A DNA stretch of 64,000 nt from Candidatus Krumholzibacteriia bacterium (GTDB taxonomy: Bacteria > Krumholzibacteriota > Krumholzibacteriia > LZORAL124-64-63): positions 1 to 64,000 of the forward strand of contig JAWOID010000053.1 in the NCBI GenBank assembly GCA_046484865.1, read 5' to 3'. The notes beneath the pieces were generated by a model. It was not told the origin of the DNA. It saw only the letters and a program-made list of their open reading frames with translations, and ran no database searches. The position numbers and the translations under genes are program-made. This document shows, piece by piece, positions 20,352-30,667 of the stretch. Positions within the stretch are counted from its first letter, which is position 1. Every line of letters starts with the position of its first letter.

Positions 20352-21224
20352 TCAACTGCCTGTGCTCGCGTAGCGGCGCATGCCGCGCCGCCAGAGTGCA
20401 TACGCTCCCGAGAATACCACGATTCCCACCACCGGTGTCAGCAGAGCGATCTCCCGGAATTCAGGCGTGCCCAGGAACCATGTGGAGGGGTAGAAGGCCA
20501 CCCAGGCGAAGGGCAGCACGAACGTGAGCAGCAGCCGTACCGGCGTGCTGAAGATGGTCAGGGGATAGCGGCTGAAACGGATCACGTTGTAGACGGGCGG
20601 AGAGAGTCCCATGCGGTCCTCCGCCCAGAACGAGACCGACGTGAGGGCCAGGAACACGCCGACGTAGATGAGCGTCGCCGTGGGCACCATCACGAGCAGG
20701 GCCAGGACGTCCACCACCCCCGGCGTCAGTTCCAGGCGCGTCCCCGCGTACACCGTCAGGCCGACGCCCAGCAGGATCTCGTTCAGCCCCGACACGTTGA
20801 ACGACTCGAACATCACCTGCGCCAGGGCGTTGACGGGCCGCAGCAGCACGCGATCGAAGTTGCCGTCGGCGATGTACCGCTCGGAGAAGCGGTACAGGTT
20901 CACGCTCACCACGTTGAAGAGCCCCAGCGGGAGCAGGCTGAAGCCGTAGATGAACAGCACCTCGTCGAAGCTCCAGCCCTGCAGGGCCTGGACCTTGCTG
21001 AAGATGGCCGTGAGAACGGCCAGCTGCACCCCGATGCCGAACAGGTTGGCGCCAAGGTCGATCAGGAAGTCCACCCGGTACGCCAGGCGGGTCTTGAGGA
21101 ACTGAGCGAAGTAGGCGGCGAAGATCTCGGCCTGCCGGACGGCGCGGGCGCGGCGGCTGCGGCTCACCGGCGGCAGCGACGGCGGAGCGTGCGGATCGGG
21201 GCGGCAGGCGTCGCCCTGGTTCAT
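20352..21224 (-). CDS. ABC-2 type exporter permease (DUF990-like)
   Basis: LAYRVDF, GWSFDEV, GNFDRVLLRPVN, SRYPLTIF, C-terminal RRYASTGS. Confidence 0.88.
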   Translation of the reverse strand: MNQGDACRPDPHAPPSLPPVSRSRRARAVRQAEIFAAYFAQFLKTRLAYRVDFLIDLGANLFGIGVQLAVLTAIFSKVQALQGWSFDEVLFIYGFSLLPLGLFNVVSVNLYRFSERYIADGNFDRVLLRPVNALAQVMFESFNVSGLNEILLGVGLTVYAGTRLELTPGVVDVLALLVMVPTATLIYVGVFLALTSVSFWAEDRMGLSPPVYNVIRFSRYPLTIFSTPVRLLLTFVLPFAWVAFYPSTWFLGTPEFREIALLTPVVGIVVFSGAYALWRRGMRRYASTGS

Positions 21225-21236
21225 GGCCCCTCCCGC

Positions 21237-22160
21237 TCAGCCGCCCTGGAGCGTCACGTGACGCACCGAGCGGTTCCAGACCCAGCGGCCGGCCAGGAAG
21301 AGGCCCAGCCCCCAGGCGGCCTGCAGCAGCAGCGCCTCGACCAGATCGGGCCCCGTGCGCTTGCCGAGATAGATGGTCACCGGCACGTAGCCGATGTACT
21401 GGAACGGAAGCCTGGCCAGGACCGACTGCACCCACTCGGGAAAGAAGGTGAACGGGATCATCACCCCGGTCAGGAAATCCATGCTGATCATCTTGGCCCG
21501 GATCACCCCGTTGATGTTCTTCAGGTAGAACGCGAGGCAGCCCACCAGGAAGTTGATCTGGCTGTTGATGACGAAGGCGAGCGCGAAGCTCAGCACGGTC
21601 CAGCCGAGCAGCGCCGGCTGCGCGGGTCCCTGGATGTCGAAGAGCGGCACGATCACCGCCACGATGGGGACGGTGAACATCATCAGCCGGAAGCCCGCCT
21701 CCCCCACCGCCTCGAACATCATCACCGTCTGCAAGTGGAACGGTTTGATGAGATGCACCGCGATCTCGCCCTGCTGCACCTGGTAGCTGAGGGTGCGGTC
21801 GATGTTGTTGAAGTAGAAGCTGCGGCCGATCCAGGCCAGCCCGACGTAGGTGATCATCTCGCCCAGGGTCAGGCCGCCGATCTCCGCCACCCGCCCCGCG
21901 GTCTCCGCCAGATCGCTGCGGCTGGTGTAGAGCGCGGTGTAGAGGTAGTAGTTCCCCGCCACGAAGATGGTGTAGCTCAGCACGCCGGTGTAGTAACGCA
22001 GCCGGTAGGCCAGGTACTTCAGGAAGGCCAGGCGTATGAAGTTGAAGTAGAGCGCCCGGCTCGAGGCCCGGCTGCGGCGCCAGGGCACGAGCGTGGGGCG
22101 AGCGGCACCCGCCACCGCCGCCGCCGCCAGCACGGCTTCCCCTTGGACCCGGGAGCTCAC
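21237..22160 (-). CDS. ABC-2 type exporter permease
   Basis: LAYR, GEIAVHLIKP, G.MIP..FFP, LPFQY, C-terminal TLQGG; start uncertain. Confidence 0.85.
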   Translation of the reverse strand: MSSRVQGEAVLAAAAVAGAARPTLVPWRRSRASSRALYFNFIRLAFLKYLAYRLRYYTGVLSYTIFVAGNYYLYTALYTSRSDLAETAGRVAEIGGLTLGEMITYVGLAWIGRSFYFNNIDRTLSYQVQQGEIAVHLIKPFHLQTVMMFEAVGEAGFRLMMFTVPIVAVIVPLFDIQGPAQPALLGWTVLSFALAFVINSQINFLVGCLAFYLKNINGVIRAKMISMDFLTGVMIPFTFFPEWVQSVLARLPFQYIGYVPVTIYLGKRTGPDLVEALLLQAAWGLGLFLAGRWVWNRSVRHVTLQGG

Positions 22161-22164
22161 CGGT

Positions 22165-23412
22165 TCACGCACCACGCGCCTCCCGGTCCGGCGCCGCACC
22201 GCCGGCCTGCCGGCCCGGCAGCGCACCGCCCGCCTGCCGGTCCGGCAGCGCACCGCCCGCTGGGTCGGCGCCGTCGAGGCCGACCGCACCGCTGCCGTCG
22301 TCCAGGCGGTCGCCGCCGTCCACGTCGTGCCGGACGGACTCCGCCTCCGTGGCCTCCGGCCCGTCGTCCGCCGGCCGGGCGTCCGGCCCCTCGCGCCCCG
22401 GCAGCACGCGGCCCTCGCGGTAGATCCTTCGGACCACCTCCTCGACGTCCGGCTCGGTGATGCGCAGGTCCTGCACCGGATGGGCGGTGAGCACGAGCCG
22501 GATGATCTCGGCGCTGGTCACTTCCAGCCGGCTGAAGTCGGCCGTGTGATGACGGCCCTGCGCCTCCGTCCAGCGCACCGGCAGCGGTCCGGTGACCCGG
22601 GCGAGCTCGGTGGCCGTGGTCGGCTCGCGCAGTTCCAGCTGCAGCTGCATGCGATGCCCGAGCTGCTGCTTCAGCACCTCCAGGGTGCCGTCGTAGAGCA
22701 CCAGGCCGCGGTCGATGATGATGATGCGGCGGCAGAGCTGCTGGATGTCGCCCAGGTCGTGCGTGGTGAGGATCACCGTGGTGCCCAGCAGGTCGCGCGC
22801 CTCGCGCAGGAAGGAGCGCACCTTCTCCTTCGCCACCACGTCCAGCCCGATGGTGGGCTCGTCGAGAAACAGGATGGTGGGACGGTGCAGCAGCGCGGCC
22901 GCCAGATCGCAGCGCATGCGCTGGCCGAGCGAGAGCTTGCGCACCGGCTGGTCCAGCAGCTCGCCCACGCCCAGCAGATCGTCGAACAGTCGCATCTGCT
23001 CCGCGTAGGCGGCGTCGCTCACCTCGTAGATCTTCTTCAGCAGCCGGAACGACTCCACCACCGCCAGGTCCCACCAGAGCTGCGTCCGCTGCCCGAACAC
23101 CACCCCGATGTGCCGCGTGTACTGCTGGCGCTGCCGGTACGGCACCAGCCCGCCCACGCGCACCTCTCCGGCCGTCGGCGTCAGGATGCCCGTGAGCATC
23201 TTGATCGTGGTGGACTTGCCGGCGCCGTTCGCGCCGATGTAACCCACCATCTCCCCCGCCTCGATGCTGAAGGAGATGCGGTCCACCGCGCGCAGCACCC
23301 GCTTGCGCGGACGGACCAGGTCGACGAGCCCCCCCATGACCCCCTCGCGGCGGCGGGTGAGCAGGTAGTCCTTGGTGAGATCGCGGACGTCGATGAGCGT
23401 TCGTGCGGTCAT
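22165..23412 (-). CDS. ABC exporter ATP-binding protein with low-complexity C-terminal tail
   Basis: Walker A GANGAGKST, signature LSLGQRMR, Walker B LFLDEPT, H-loop TTHD. Confidence 0.95.
   Translation of the reverse strand: MTARTLIDVRDLTKDYLLTRRREGVMGGLVDLVRPRKRVLRAVDRISFSIEAGEMVGYIGANGAGKSTTIKMLTGILTPTAGEVRVGGLVPYRQRQQYTRHIGVVFGQRTQLWWDLAVVESFRLLKKIYEVSDAAYAEQMRLFDDLLGVGELLDQPVRKLSLGQRMRCDLAAALLHRPTILFLDEPTIGLDVVAKEKVRSFLREARDLLGTTVILTTHDLGDIQQLCRRIIIIDRGLVLYDGTLEVLKQQLGHRMQLQLELREPTTATELARVTGPLPVRWTEAQGRHHTADFSRLEVTSAEIIRLVLTAHPVQDLRITEPDVEEVVRRIYREGRVLPGREGPDARPADDGPEATEAESVRHDVDGGDRLDDGSGAVGLDGADPAGGALPDRQAGGALPGRQAGGAAPDREARGA
22178..22258. repeat. 27-bp tandem repeat x3 encoding GGALPDRQA-like nonapeptides
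   Basis: Units at 22178-22204, 22205-22231 and 22232-22258. Confidence 0.8.
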
Positions 23413-23414
23413 GA

Positions 23415-23762
23415 TCAGAAAGGTAGATCCTCGTCCTGATCCACGCCCGCGGGGGTCTCGCCGGGCGCCGCTCCGCCTGCTGCGCCCGCGTCGATCGCCG
23501 GGTCGGGGGTCGCGGCGGCGTCGCCGGCCGACGTCTCCGGCGCCTGGTCCTCGAGCTGCGCCACGAGCTCGCGCACCTCCGTGTCGGTGCGCTCGAGCTT
23601 GCGGCGACAGACCTGGATCAGCTCCACCGCGCGCTTCACCTCGCCGGCGAGGTCGTCGATGTCGACGTCGTCTTCCTCGAGGCGGCCGAGGATCGCTTCC
23701 ACCTCGGCCACCGCCTCACCGAAAGAGAGTTCCCTGGGGCCCTTCGGCTTCTTCTCCGCCAT
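23415..23762 (-). CDS. xseB: Exodeoxyribonuclease VII small subunit
   Basis: SFGEAVAEVEAILGRLE..DIDDL...RAVELIQVCRRKL; acidic tail ending DLPF; follows xseA. Confidence 0.88.
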   Translation of the reverse strand: MAEKKPKGPRELSFGEAVAEVEAILGRLEEDDVDIDDLAGEVKRAVELIQVCRRKLERTDTEVRELVAQLEDQAPETSAGDAAATPDPAIDAGAAGGAAPGETPAGVDQDEDLPF

Positions 23763-25437
23763 GCTGTCCGCCGCCGCCTTTCCGGCCGGATCGACCGGCC
23801 TGCTTCCGTTCTCCGGCACGTACGCCCCGGGCCGACCCGCGGCTGCCTTTGCCGCCACGTGGACCGGTACCGGAGTCCGCCGGGACCACGCTTTCCACCC
23901 GACCGTCCGGGAACTGCGTCTCGAGACGCATTCCCGGCGCCACGTCTTTCGCTCGCCGCAGCGGCCGTCCCCGCTCGTCCCGCGTGACGGTGTAACCCCG
24001 CTCCAGCAGCCATTGCGGATCGTTCAGGCGCAGCCGCTCCCCCAGCAGCGCCAGCCGCCGGTCGTGCCCGGCGACGACCTGCCGCAGCTGCCGTGCGAGC
24101 CGCCGCTCCAGCCCGGCGATCATGACGCGATGCCGCGGCCAGCCGATCAGCAGCCGGCGCGGCTGCAGGACCGCCGTCGCGCGCTCCAGACGCCGGCCGG
24201 CGGCGCGCCCGGGTCGCGGCGCCTCGCGCAGGAGACGCGCCGCCAGCGCGCGGCGGCGCTCGCCGGCGGCAGCCAGCCGCGACCGTGCCGCCACCCGCAG
24301 GTTCCACTCCTGGCCCTCGAGCCCGGTGCGGGCGACACCGACCCGGCGCGCCACCCGTCCCTCCAGGCGAGCGGCCGACTGCCGCAGGCGTTCACGGGCG
24401 GCCTGGGCGGGCCGCCGCGCCACGCGTCCGCGCCGGGTCAGATCGCCGAGGCGACGGTCGGCCTCCTGCAGCCGCAACGGGACCACGCGCAGCACCGCCT
24501 CCGCGGCCCGGGCCAGCCGTTCCGCCTGTGCCGCCACCCGCTCGACCAGCAGCTCGGCCGCCGCCGTCGGCGTCTTGCAGGAGACCTGGGCCACCACGTC
24601 GACGATGGCCCGGTCCACCTCGTGGCCGATGGCCGTGACCACGGGCCGCGCGCAGGTGGCCACCGCCACCGCCATTCCCTTCTGATCGAACCAGGAGAGG
24701 TCCGCGCGCGAGCCGCCGCCGCGGGTGATGACGATGACGTCGACCCCGCGCCCGGCGAGGACCGCCAGGGCCTGCACCACCTGCCGCTCGGTCTGCTCTC
24801 CCTGCATTCGGCAGTCGATCAGGTCGACCCGGAACGGGAACGGCGACGCCTCGAGTCCCGTGCGGAAGTCACGCTCCGCCGCGCTGCCGGCCGAGGTGAT
24901 CAGGCCCACGTGCAGCGGCAGCTCGGGCCAGGGCACCTGCCCGTTGCGGTCCAGCAGCCGTTCGGCCCGCAGGTGGGCGAGCACCTCGCGCCGTAACGCC
25001 TCCAGCCTGCCGAGCGAGAAGGCGGGATCGATGCCCACCACATTCAGGCTCAGCTTGCCGAACGGCGGGTAGAAGTCGACCCGGCACTGGAGACAGACCT
25101 CCAGCTGATTGCGGAGCTGGAAGTCGGGGTCGCTGCCGTCGAGGTAGCAACCCAGGTTGTAGCGCCGCCGGTCCCAGTCCAGGATGCTCACCGGGATCTG
25201 GAAGTCCGCGGCGCCGCTGCCGCCGGTGTCGTGCAGCTCGAAGTAGACGTGCCGTCGCTGCGCGAATCCGGGCCTGAGTCCCTGGACCTCGCCGCGCACC
25301 CAGACCGGGTCGGGAAATGCTTGCCGCAGAGCGGCTTCCACGGTCCGGTTGAGCTCCGCCACCGTCAGGATGCGCCGATCCGCGGCAGTCTGCGGCTCGG
25401 CGCGTTGGTCGGCGGCGTCGTTCCAGAAGTCGCGCAT
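23716..25437 (-). CDS. xseA: Exodeoxyribonuclease VII large subunit
   Basis: LTVAELN, VWVRGEV, HVYFEL OB fold; RGGGS, TAIGHEVD, TPTAAAE, LERGY; RBS GGAGGA. Confidence 0.93.
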   Translation of the reverse strand: MRDFWNDAADQRAEPQTAADRRILTVAELNRTVEAALRQAFPDPVWVRGEVQGLRPGFAQRRHVYFELHDTGGSGAADFQIPVSILDWDRRRYNLGCYLDGSDPDFQLRNQLEVCLQCRVDFYPPFGKLSLNVVGIDPAFSLGRLEALRREVLAHLRAERLLDRNGQVPWPELPLHVGLITSAGSAAERDFRTGLEASPFPFRVDLIDCRMQGEQTERQVVQALAVLAGRGVDVIVITRGGGSRADLSWFDQKGMAVAVATCARPVVTAIGHEVDRAIVDVVAQVSCKTPTAAAELLVERVAAQAERLARAAEAVLRVVPLRLQEADRRLGDLTRRGRVARRPAQAARERLRQSAARLEGRVARRVGVARTGLEGQEWNLRVAARSRLAAAGERRRALAARLLREAPRPGRAAGRRLERATAVLQPRRLLIGWPRHRVMIAGLERRLARQLRQVVAGHDRRLALLGERLRLNDPQWLLERGYTVTRDERGRPLRRAKDVAPGMRLETQFPDGRVESVVPADSGTGPRGGKGSRGSARGVRAGERKQAGRSGRKGGGGQHGGEEAEGPQGTLFR

Positions 25438-25599
25438 GGTCCTCCGGTCGGCATCAGGAGAGTCCCACGACGGTCGTCGCCCGGCAGGTCGAGCAGCGCC
25501 ATGCCCGGCGGGTAGAGGGTAAACCACGACGCCGCGGCCGGCCAGGCGGCGCATCGATCGCCGTGACGTCACGACGCGGCTCGCGCTCCGTCGAGAGCC

Positions 25600-27111
25600 T
25601 CAGCCGGCGAGGATCTGCACCGCTCGTGCCAGCAGCCGCGCGCCGTAGCCGGTGGCCCCCCGCGGGCCGAGACCGTCCTTGCCGTCGCCGAGGGCGGTGC
25701 CGGCCATGTCCAGGTGAGCCCAGGGAATCTCTGGCGGCACGAAGTGGGACAGGAAGGCGGCGGCCGTGAGGGCGCCGCCTTCGCGTCCGCCCAGGTTCTT
25801 CAGGTCGGAGATGGTGCCCTCCATGGCCTTGCGGTGCTCGTCGATCACCGGCAGCGGCCACACACGCTCGAAGGTCTCGCCCCCCGCTTGCACGAGGATG
25901 TCGTTCAGCTCGCCGCTGTGACCCATCAGACCGGCGAAATGCTCGCCCAGCGCGATCTGGCAGGCACCGGTGAGCGTGGCGATGTCGATCACGTGGTCCG
26001 GCTTGCCCGCGCAGGCCAGGTGCAGGGCGTCCGCCAGGATCAGACGTCCCTCGGCATCGGTGTTGAGCACCTCGACCGTCTTGCCTGCCGCGGTGGTGAG
26101 GACGTCGGCCGGCTTGATCGCGTCGCCGTCCGGCAGGTTCTCCACGGCCGGGATCAGGACCCGCAGATCGACCGGCACCTGCAGGCGCGCCAGGATCAGC
26201 GCCGCACCGAGCACCGCCGCGCCGCCGGCCATGTCCGCCTTCATCTCCTCCATCTTCGGACCCGGCTTCAGGGAGATGCCGCCCGAGTCGAAGGTCACGC
26301 CCTTGCCCACCAGCGCCACCTTCACCGCGCGGCGCGGAGCCTGCCGGGTCTTCAGGATGATGAGCCGGGGTTCCTGACGGCTGCCCCTGCTGACGCCCAG
26401 GATGGCGCCCATGCCGGCCCGCTCCAGCTGTCGCGGGCCGAGGATGCGCGCGCTGTAGCCGTGATGGGCCGCCAGGCGACGCGCCTCGTCCGCCAGATCC
26501 GCAGGGGTCAGATGATTGGCGGGTAGGTTCACGAGGCGGCGCGCCAGCAGGGTGCCGGCGGCGAACGCCTCGCCTTCCTGCACGCCGGTGCGGATCTCGC
26601 GGGCGGTGGCAGCGGTGGCGACCACGGTCGTCTCGCGCGGGCCGGGACCGTCGGCGCCACCGGGCGCGCCGACGCTGGACTTGAGGATCCCGGCGGGGCT
26701 GAGCGCGAGTTCCGCTCCCTCCACCCAGCACCGGGCCTGGGAGCGCGGATCGACCGCCAGCGCGGCGGCCGGCGGCAGCAGCACGGCAACGCGGCCCGCC
26801 TCCATCTCACGAGCGCGGGCCGCGGCTGCGGCCGCAGCCCGACGCAGGCCCTGCAGGCCGATCTCCGCCGCCGGGCCGAGCCCCACCAGCAGCACGCAGT
26901 CCGCCCGCACGCCCACCGCCGTCACCGGCAGTACGGCGGCAGCCTTGCCCCGGAACCGGGTGGCCCGCGCCGCGGCGGCCAGGTGCGCGGACACGTCCTT
27001 CCCCAGACGTGTGCGCAGGGCCGCCGCGAGATCGTCCCGCGCCTCCACCGGCACCACCAGCACTTCGGCCCGCACCGCGGTCGGATCCTTCCGCGTCACT
27101 TTCCACTGCAT
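25600..27111 (-). CDS. pepA: Leucyl aminopeptidase (M17)
   Basis: VGKGVTFDSGG, MKADMAG, NTDAEGRL, ATLTGA, WAHLDMAG. Confidence 0.95.
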   Translation of the reverse strand: MQWKVTRKDPTAVRAEVLVVPVEARDDLAAALRTRLGKDVSAHLAAAARATRFRGKAAAVLPVTAVGVRADCVLLVGLGPAAEIGLQGLRRAAAAAAARAREMEAGRVAVLLPPAAALAVDPRSQARCWVEGAELALSPAGILKSSVGAPGGADGPGPRETTVVATAATAREIRTGVQEGEAFAAGTLLARRLVNLPANHLTPADLADEARRLAAHHGYSARILGPRQLERAGMGAILGVSRGSRQEPRLIILKTRQAPRRAVKVALVGKGVTFDSGGISLKPGPKMEEMKADMAGGAAVLGAALILARLQVPVDLRVLIPAVENLPDGDAIKPADVLTTAAGKTVEVLNTDAEGRLILADALHLACAGKPDHVIDIATLTGACQIALGEHFAGLMGHSGELNDILVQAGGETFERVWPLPVIDEHRKAMEGTISDLKNLGGREGGALTAAAFLSHFVPPEIPWAHLDMAGTALGDGKDGLGPRGATGYGARLLARAVQILAG

Positions 27112-27325
27112 CGTCGACCTCCCTGATGCCCTCGCGAGGCGGGCGGGCCCCACGTTGCCGGCGCCGTGTCCGCTGCAAACTCGCGAATTCTAGCACCTGT
27201 CGGCGGAAGGGAAAGTCGGAATGTCCACCGGCGGGAGCGTGGCCGCACCGACGCCGCCGGGAGTGGCGGGCCCGGGCTGGCAGGCCCGGGGCACCCGGCG
27301 CGGAACGCGAAAGGCGGCGCCGGTC

Positions 27326-28996
27326 TCAGATCTCGGTACCCTCGGGGGGCGGGTAGGCGGGCAGGGCCTGGATACGCCGGTTGACCACCGGCGCGCCCAC
27401 CGCGAAGTGGTAGAGCGTCTGGCGGTCGGCGCGGGTGCCGGTGTTCAACCCGACGGTCTCGTGCACCGCATCGTCGAAGAAGCAGCCCAGGCCGCAGCCG
27501 CCCAGCCCGAGAGCCTCCGCTCCCAGGTAGAGCATCTGGCCGATGACGCCGCACTCCCAGTGCAGCCGCGCATAGAACCAGGAGCCGTGGCGGGCCAGGG
27601 AGCCGTCGAAATCGGCCAGCATGGCCACCGTGAAGGCGCCGTCGGACGCCAGATCCTGCACGCAGCTCAGGATCCGCGCCACCGGCTGTTGATCGCCGGG
27701 CGACAGCCGGTAGAACGGCAGGTGCGCCGGGCAGCCGGCGGGACGCTGCCAGATGTAGTCGCGGCGCAGGTCGGCACGCAGCTTCTCCTCGCCTCCCGGG
27801 CTGCGCACCAGACCGTACAGACCCGGGCGCAGGCCGTCGACGCGATGGACGAAGACGAGCAGGTCGACCCGCGGTTCCCACGCCAGCAACGACCAGGGCA
27901 CGGACGCCGACGCGGGCAGCGTCGTGGCCATCAGGTCGTAGAACGCGTTCTCGCTCAGCTTGCCGGCCGGATCGAACCCGGTGGCGCTGCGCCGCCCCCG
28001 CAGCAGGGGGCCCGCGGGCAGGGCTTCGCCCAGCGGTGGGTCGTCCGGCGACGGAGCGCGGGCCGCTTCGTCGCCGTAGATGCCCGGCGTGGCGGGCTTG
28101 TCCAGCGCAGCCGCCGCTCCGGCCAGCAGCGGCCACGGCCGGACCTCACGGCTGAGGCGCGACGGACGTCCTCGCCAGTCGAGACCCTCCCAGCCGGCGA
28201 TGTCCAGGGGCTGCCAGACCGGCGCGGCCGCAGGCGCCGGCGCCACTGTCGGCCCGAGCGCCAGGAGCGCGACCGGCAACTCCGGCTCCGCCGGACCGGT
28301 ATCGATGAGCCCCAGCAGCGCCGCCAGTTCGGCCGAGCTCGCCTCCTCCAGCAGGCGCGCCCCCCAACCCAGGCGCGCCGCGGCGAGCGCGAGCGCAGCC
28401 AGGGCATGCCCCGCGTCGAGGTGGCAGTAACGCAGCCCGCGCTCGCCGTACTTCCAGGCCTGCCGCCAGGGCACCGTGCTCAGGCCCGCCAGGACGCCCT
28501 CGCCGCCGAGGCTTTCGCGCAGGCCCGCGAACAGCTCGGCTCCCGGCGTGGCTCGCACCTCGAGCCCGTGCACGCGGGCGTCGTAGTGGAGCACCGCGGG
28601 TGCGTCGAGCAGGCCGGGCAGCGGTCCGCCGAGCAGGTAGGCCTCCGTGGGGTGCAGGTTGCCGCTGGATGGAGTGCAGCGGACGGACCAGAGGGTCTCG
28701 CCTGCGCGCCGCCACGAGGAGATCGCCAGCGAATGGTAGAGCAGCTCCGAGATGCCGGCGGCATCGAGGTCGTGGACCGGCACTGCCGCGGCCGCGCACG
28801 CGGTCGCGAGGTCGGGCTCGCGGTCGGCCGGCCAGGGTCGCGGCACCGACAGCGACAGCAACTCTGCGCCGGCGTGGTGGCGGAAGAGCGCCGGCCGGTT
28901 GTCCCAGTCCAGGTAACCCGGTCCGGGCGCATGCCGGCGAAACCGGTGCTTGGTCGCCTCGTGATAATCGCGGATGGTCTGCTGGCGGTGCCGCAA
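27326..28996 (-). CDS. SagB/ThcOx-family double nitroreductase-domain flavoprotein
   Basis: YHEATKH, RCTPSSGNLHPTE, WKYGERGLRYCHLDAGH; second domain RRSA...GCGLGCFFDD; TTG start after GGAGG. Confidence 0.85.
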   Translation of the reverse strand: MRHRQQTIRDYHEATKHRFRRHAPGPGYLDWDNRPALFRHHAGAELLSLSVPRPWPADREPDLATACAAAAVPVHDLDAAGISELLYHSLAISSWRRAGETLWSVRCTPSSGNLHPTEAYLLGGPLPGLLDAPAVLHYDARVHGLEVRATPGAELFAGLRESLGGEGVLAGLSTVPWRQAWKYGERGLRYCHLDAGHALAALALAAARLGWGARLLEEASSAELAALLGLIDTGPAEPELPVALLALGPTVAPAPAAAPVWQPLDIAGWEGLDWRGRPSRLSREVRPWPLLAGAAAALDKPATPGIYGDEAARAPSPDDPPLGEALPAGPLLRGRRSATGFDPAGKLSENAFYDLMATTLPASASVPWSLLAWEPRVDLLVFVHRVDGLRPGLYGLVRSPGGEEKLRADLRRDYIWQRPAGCPAHLPFYRLSPGDQQPVARILSCVQDLASDGAFTVAMLADFDGSLARHGSWFYARLHWECGVIGQMLYLGAEALGLGGCGLGCFFDDAVHETVGLNTGTRADRQTLYHFAVGAPVVNRRIQALPAYPPPEGTEI

Positions 28997-29178
28997 CCTC
29001 GTCCTCCCACGCTCGGGCAGTCCGGTCTCAGGATGCTTTTCGGCCGCGACAACCCCGTGCTTGAGACGAGGAGCGGATGTCCCTAGACTGGCGCCGGCGC
29101 CGGGCCGTCGGCCGGATGCGCCCGCGCCGGGACCATCGGCGGTCCGACTGCTTCCCCGCGCCTGACCGAGGAGCCCTC

Positions 29179-30546
29179 TTGACCACGCCGCCCCCGCCCT
29201 CCCCGCCCCCCTCCGCCGTGCCGCGCCGGCAGCGGCTGCTGCGTCCCTGGCGGTGGAGCCTGCACTGGCAGATCCTGCTGGGTCTGCTGCTGGGCGTGGC
29301 GGCCGGAATCGTCTGGGAGCCGCAGGCCGTCATCCTGGGTGCCGTGCGCCCGCACGCGGTGTTCGAGTTCCTCGGCCAGACCTTCCTGCGCGCCCTGCGC
29401 ATGGTGATCGTGCCGCTGATCGTCGGGTCGATCATCTCCGGCGTGGCCGGAGTGGGGACCAGCCGCGGGATCGGCCGCATGTTCGGCAAGACGTTCGGCT
29501 GGTACGTGACCACCAGCCTGCTGGCCATCGTGACCGGTCTGGTGCTGGTGAACATCATCCAGCCGGGCCGCGCCGGCGACCGCGCCGTGGGCGCCGAGCT
29601 GGGCTTCGAGGCCACCCGCCGGGACGTGGCCACCGAGCTGCAGGCGGGAGATGCCGGCGACCTGATCGGCGTGCTGCAGCGCATGATCCCGGTCAATCCC
29701 GTTGAGGCGGCCGCTTCGGGCGAGATGCTGCCCCTGATCTTCTTCAGTCTGCTCTACGGGCTGGGCCTGACCCTGGTGTCCGAAGCGCACCGCCGGGCAC
29801 AGCTGCCCTGGTTCGAGGCGCTCTTCGCGGTGATGATGCGCATCACCGGCTGGGTGATCGCGGTGGCGCCGATCGGCATCTTCGGCCTGGTGGCAGGCAT
29901 CGTGAGCACGAGCGGTTTCGCGGCCTTCGCGCCCCTGGCGCGCTACGCCGGCACCGTGCTGGGGGCGCTGACCATCCACGCGCTGGTGGTGCTGCCGCTG
30001 CTGGTGAGGCTGATCGGTGGCGTGTCGCCGCTGCGGCACGCCCGGGTGATGGCGCCGGCGCTGCTGACGGCCTTCTCCACCCGCAGCTCGTCGGCCACGT
30101 TGCCGCTGACCATCGCGCGGCTGGAGCAGGGCGCAGGCGTGAGCAACCGGGTGTCCAGCTTCGTGCTGCCGCTGGGCGCCACCATCAACATGGATGGCAC
30201 GGCCCTCTACGAGTGCGTGGCCGCGCTCTTCATCGCCCAGGCCTACGGGGTGGAACTGGGCGTGGCCGCTCAGTTCACGGTGGTGATCACGGCCCTCCTG
30301 GCGAGCATCGGCGCCGCGGGGATTCCCGCCGCCGGCCTGGTGATGATCACGATCGTGCTCGACGCCGTGGGGTTGCCGCTGGAAGGTGTGGCGTTGATCC
30401 TGGCGGTCGACCCGGTGCTGGACATGTTCCGCACCACGGTGAACGTCTGGAGCGACAGCTGCGGCGCGGTGGTGGTGGCACGAAGCGAGGGCGAGGAGGA
30501 CATCCTGCGTCCCTCGCCGCCGACCCGCTCGCCGGCGAGGTCGTGA
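29179..30546 (+). CDS. Dicarboxylate/amino acid:cation symporter (GltP/GltT family)
   Basis: [48 protein letters not shown] start after GAGGAG (ATG at 29077 is an alternative). Confidence 0.93.
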   Translation: MTTPPPPSPPPSAVPRRQRLLRPWRWSLHWQILLGLLLGVAAGIVWEPQAVILGAVRPHAVFEFLGQTFLRALRMVIVPLIVGSIISGVAGVGTSRGIGRMFGKTFGWYVTTSLLAIVTGLVLVNIIQPGRAGDRAVGAELGFEATRRDVATELQAGDAGDLIGVLQRMIPVNPVEAAASGEMLPLIFFSLLYGLGLTLVSEAHRRAQLPWFEALFAVMMRITGWVIAVAPIGIFGLVAGIVSTSGFAAFAPLARYAGTVLGALTIHALVVLPLLVRLIGGVSPLRHARVMAPALLTAFSTRSSSATLPLTIARLEQGAGVSNRVSSFVLPLGATINMDGTALYECVAALFIAQAYGVELGVAAQFTVVITALLASIGAAGIPAAGLVMITIVLDAVGLPLEGVALILAVDPVLDMFRTTVNVWSDSCGAVVVARSEGEEDILRPSPPTRSPARS

Positions 30547-30667
30547 CCGGCCGGAGGCTTTTGCGGCCAGCATGCAACGTCGACCGCTCCGGCTGCGTAA
30601 TCGGAGCGAAACGGGCCCTCGGGCACCGGCGGATGGGCGGACCGGGGGCGGCAACGGAAGGATCGAC

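Noticed and set aside
27326..28996. Possible RiPP (azole) biosynthetic cluster
   Set aside because: No YcaO, precursor peptide or other maturation enzyme in the window.
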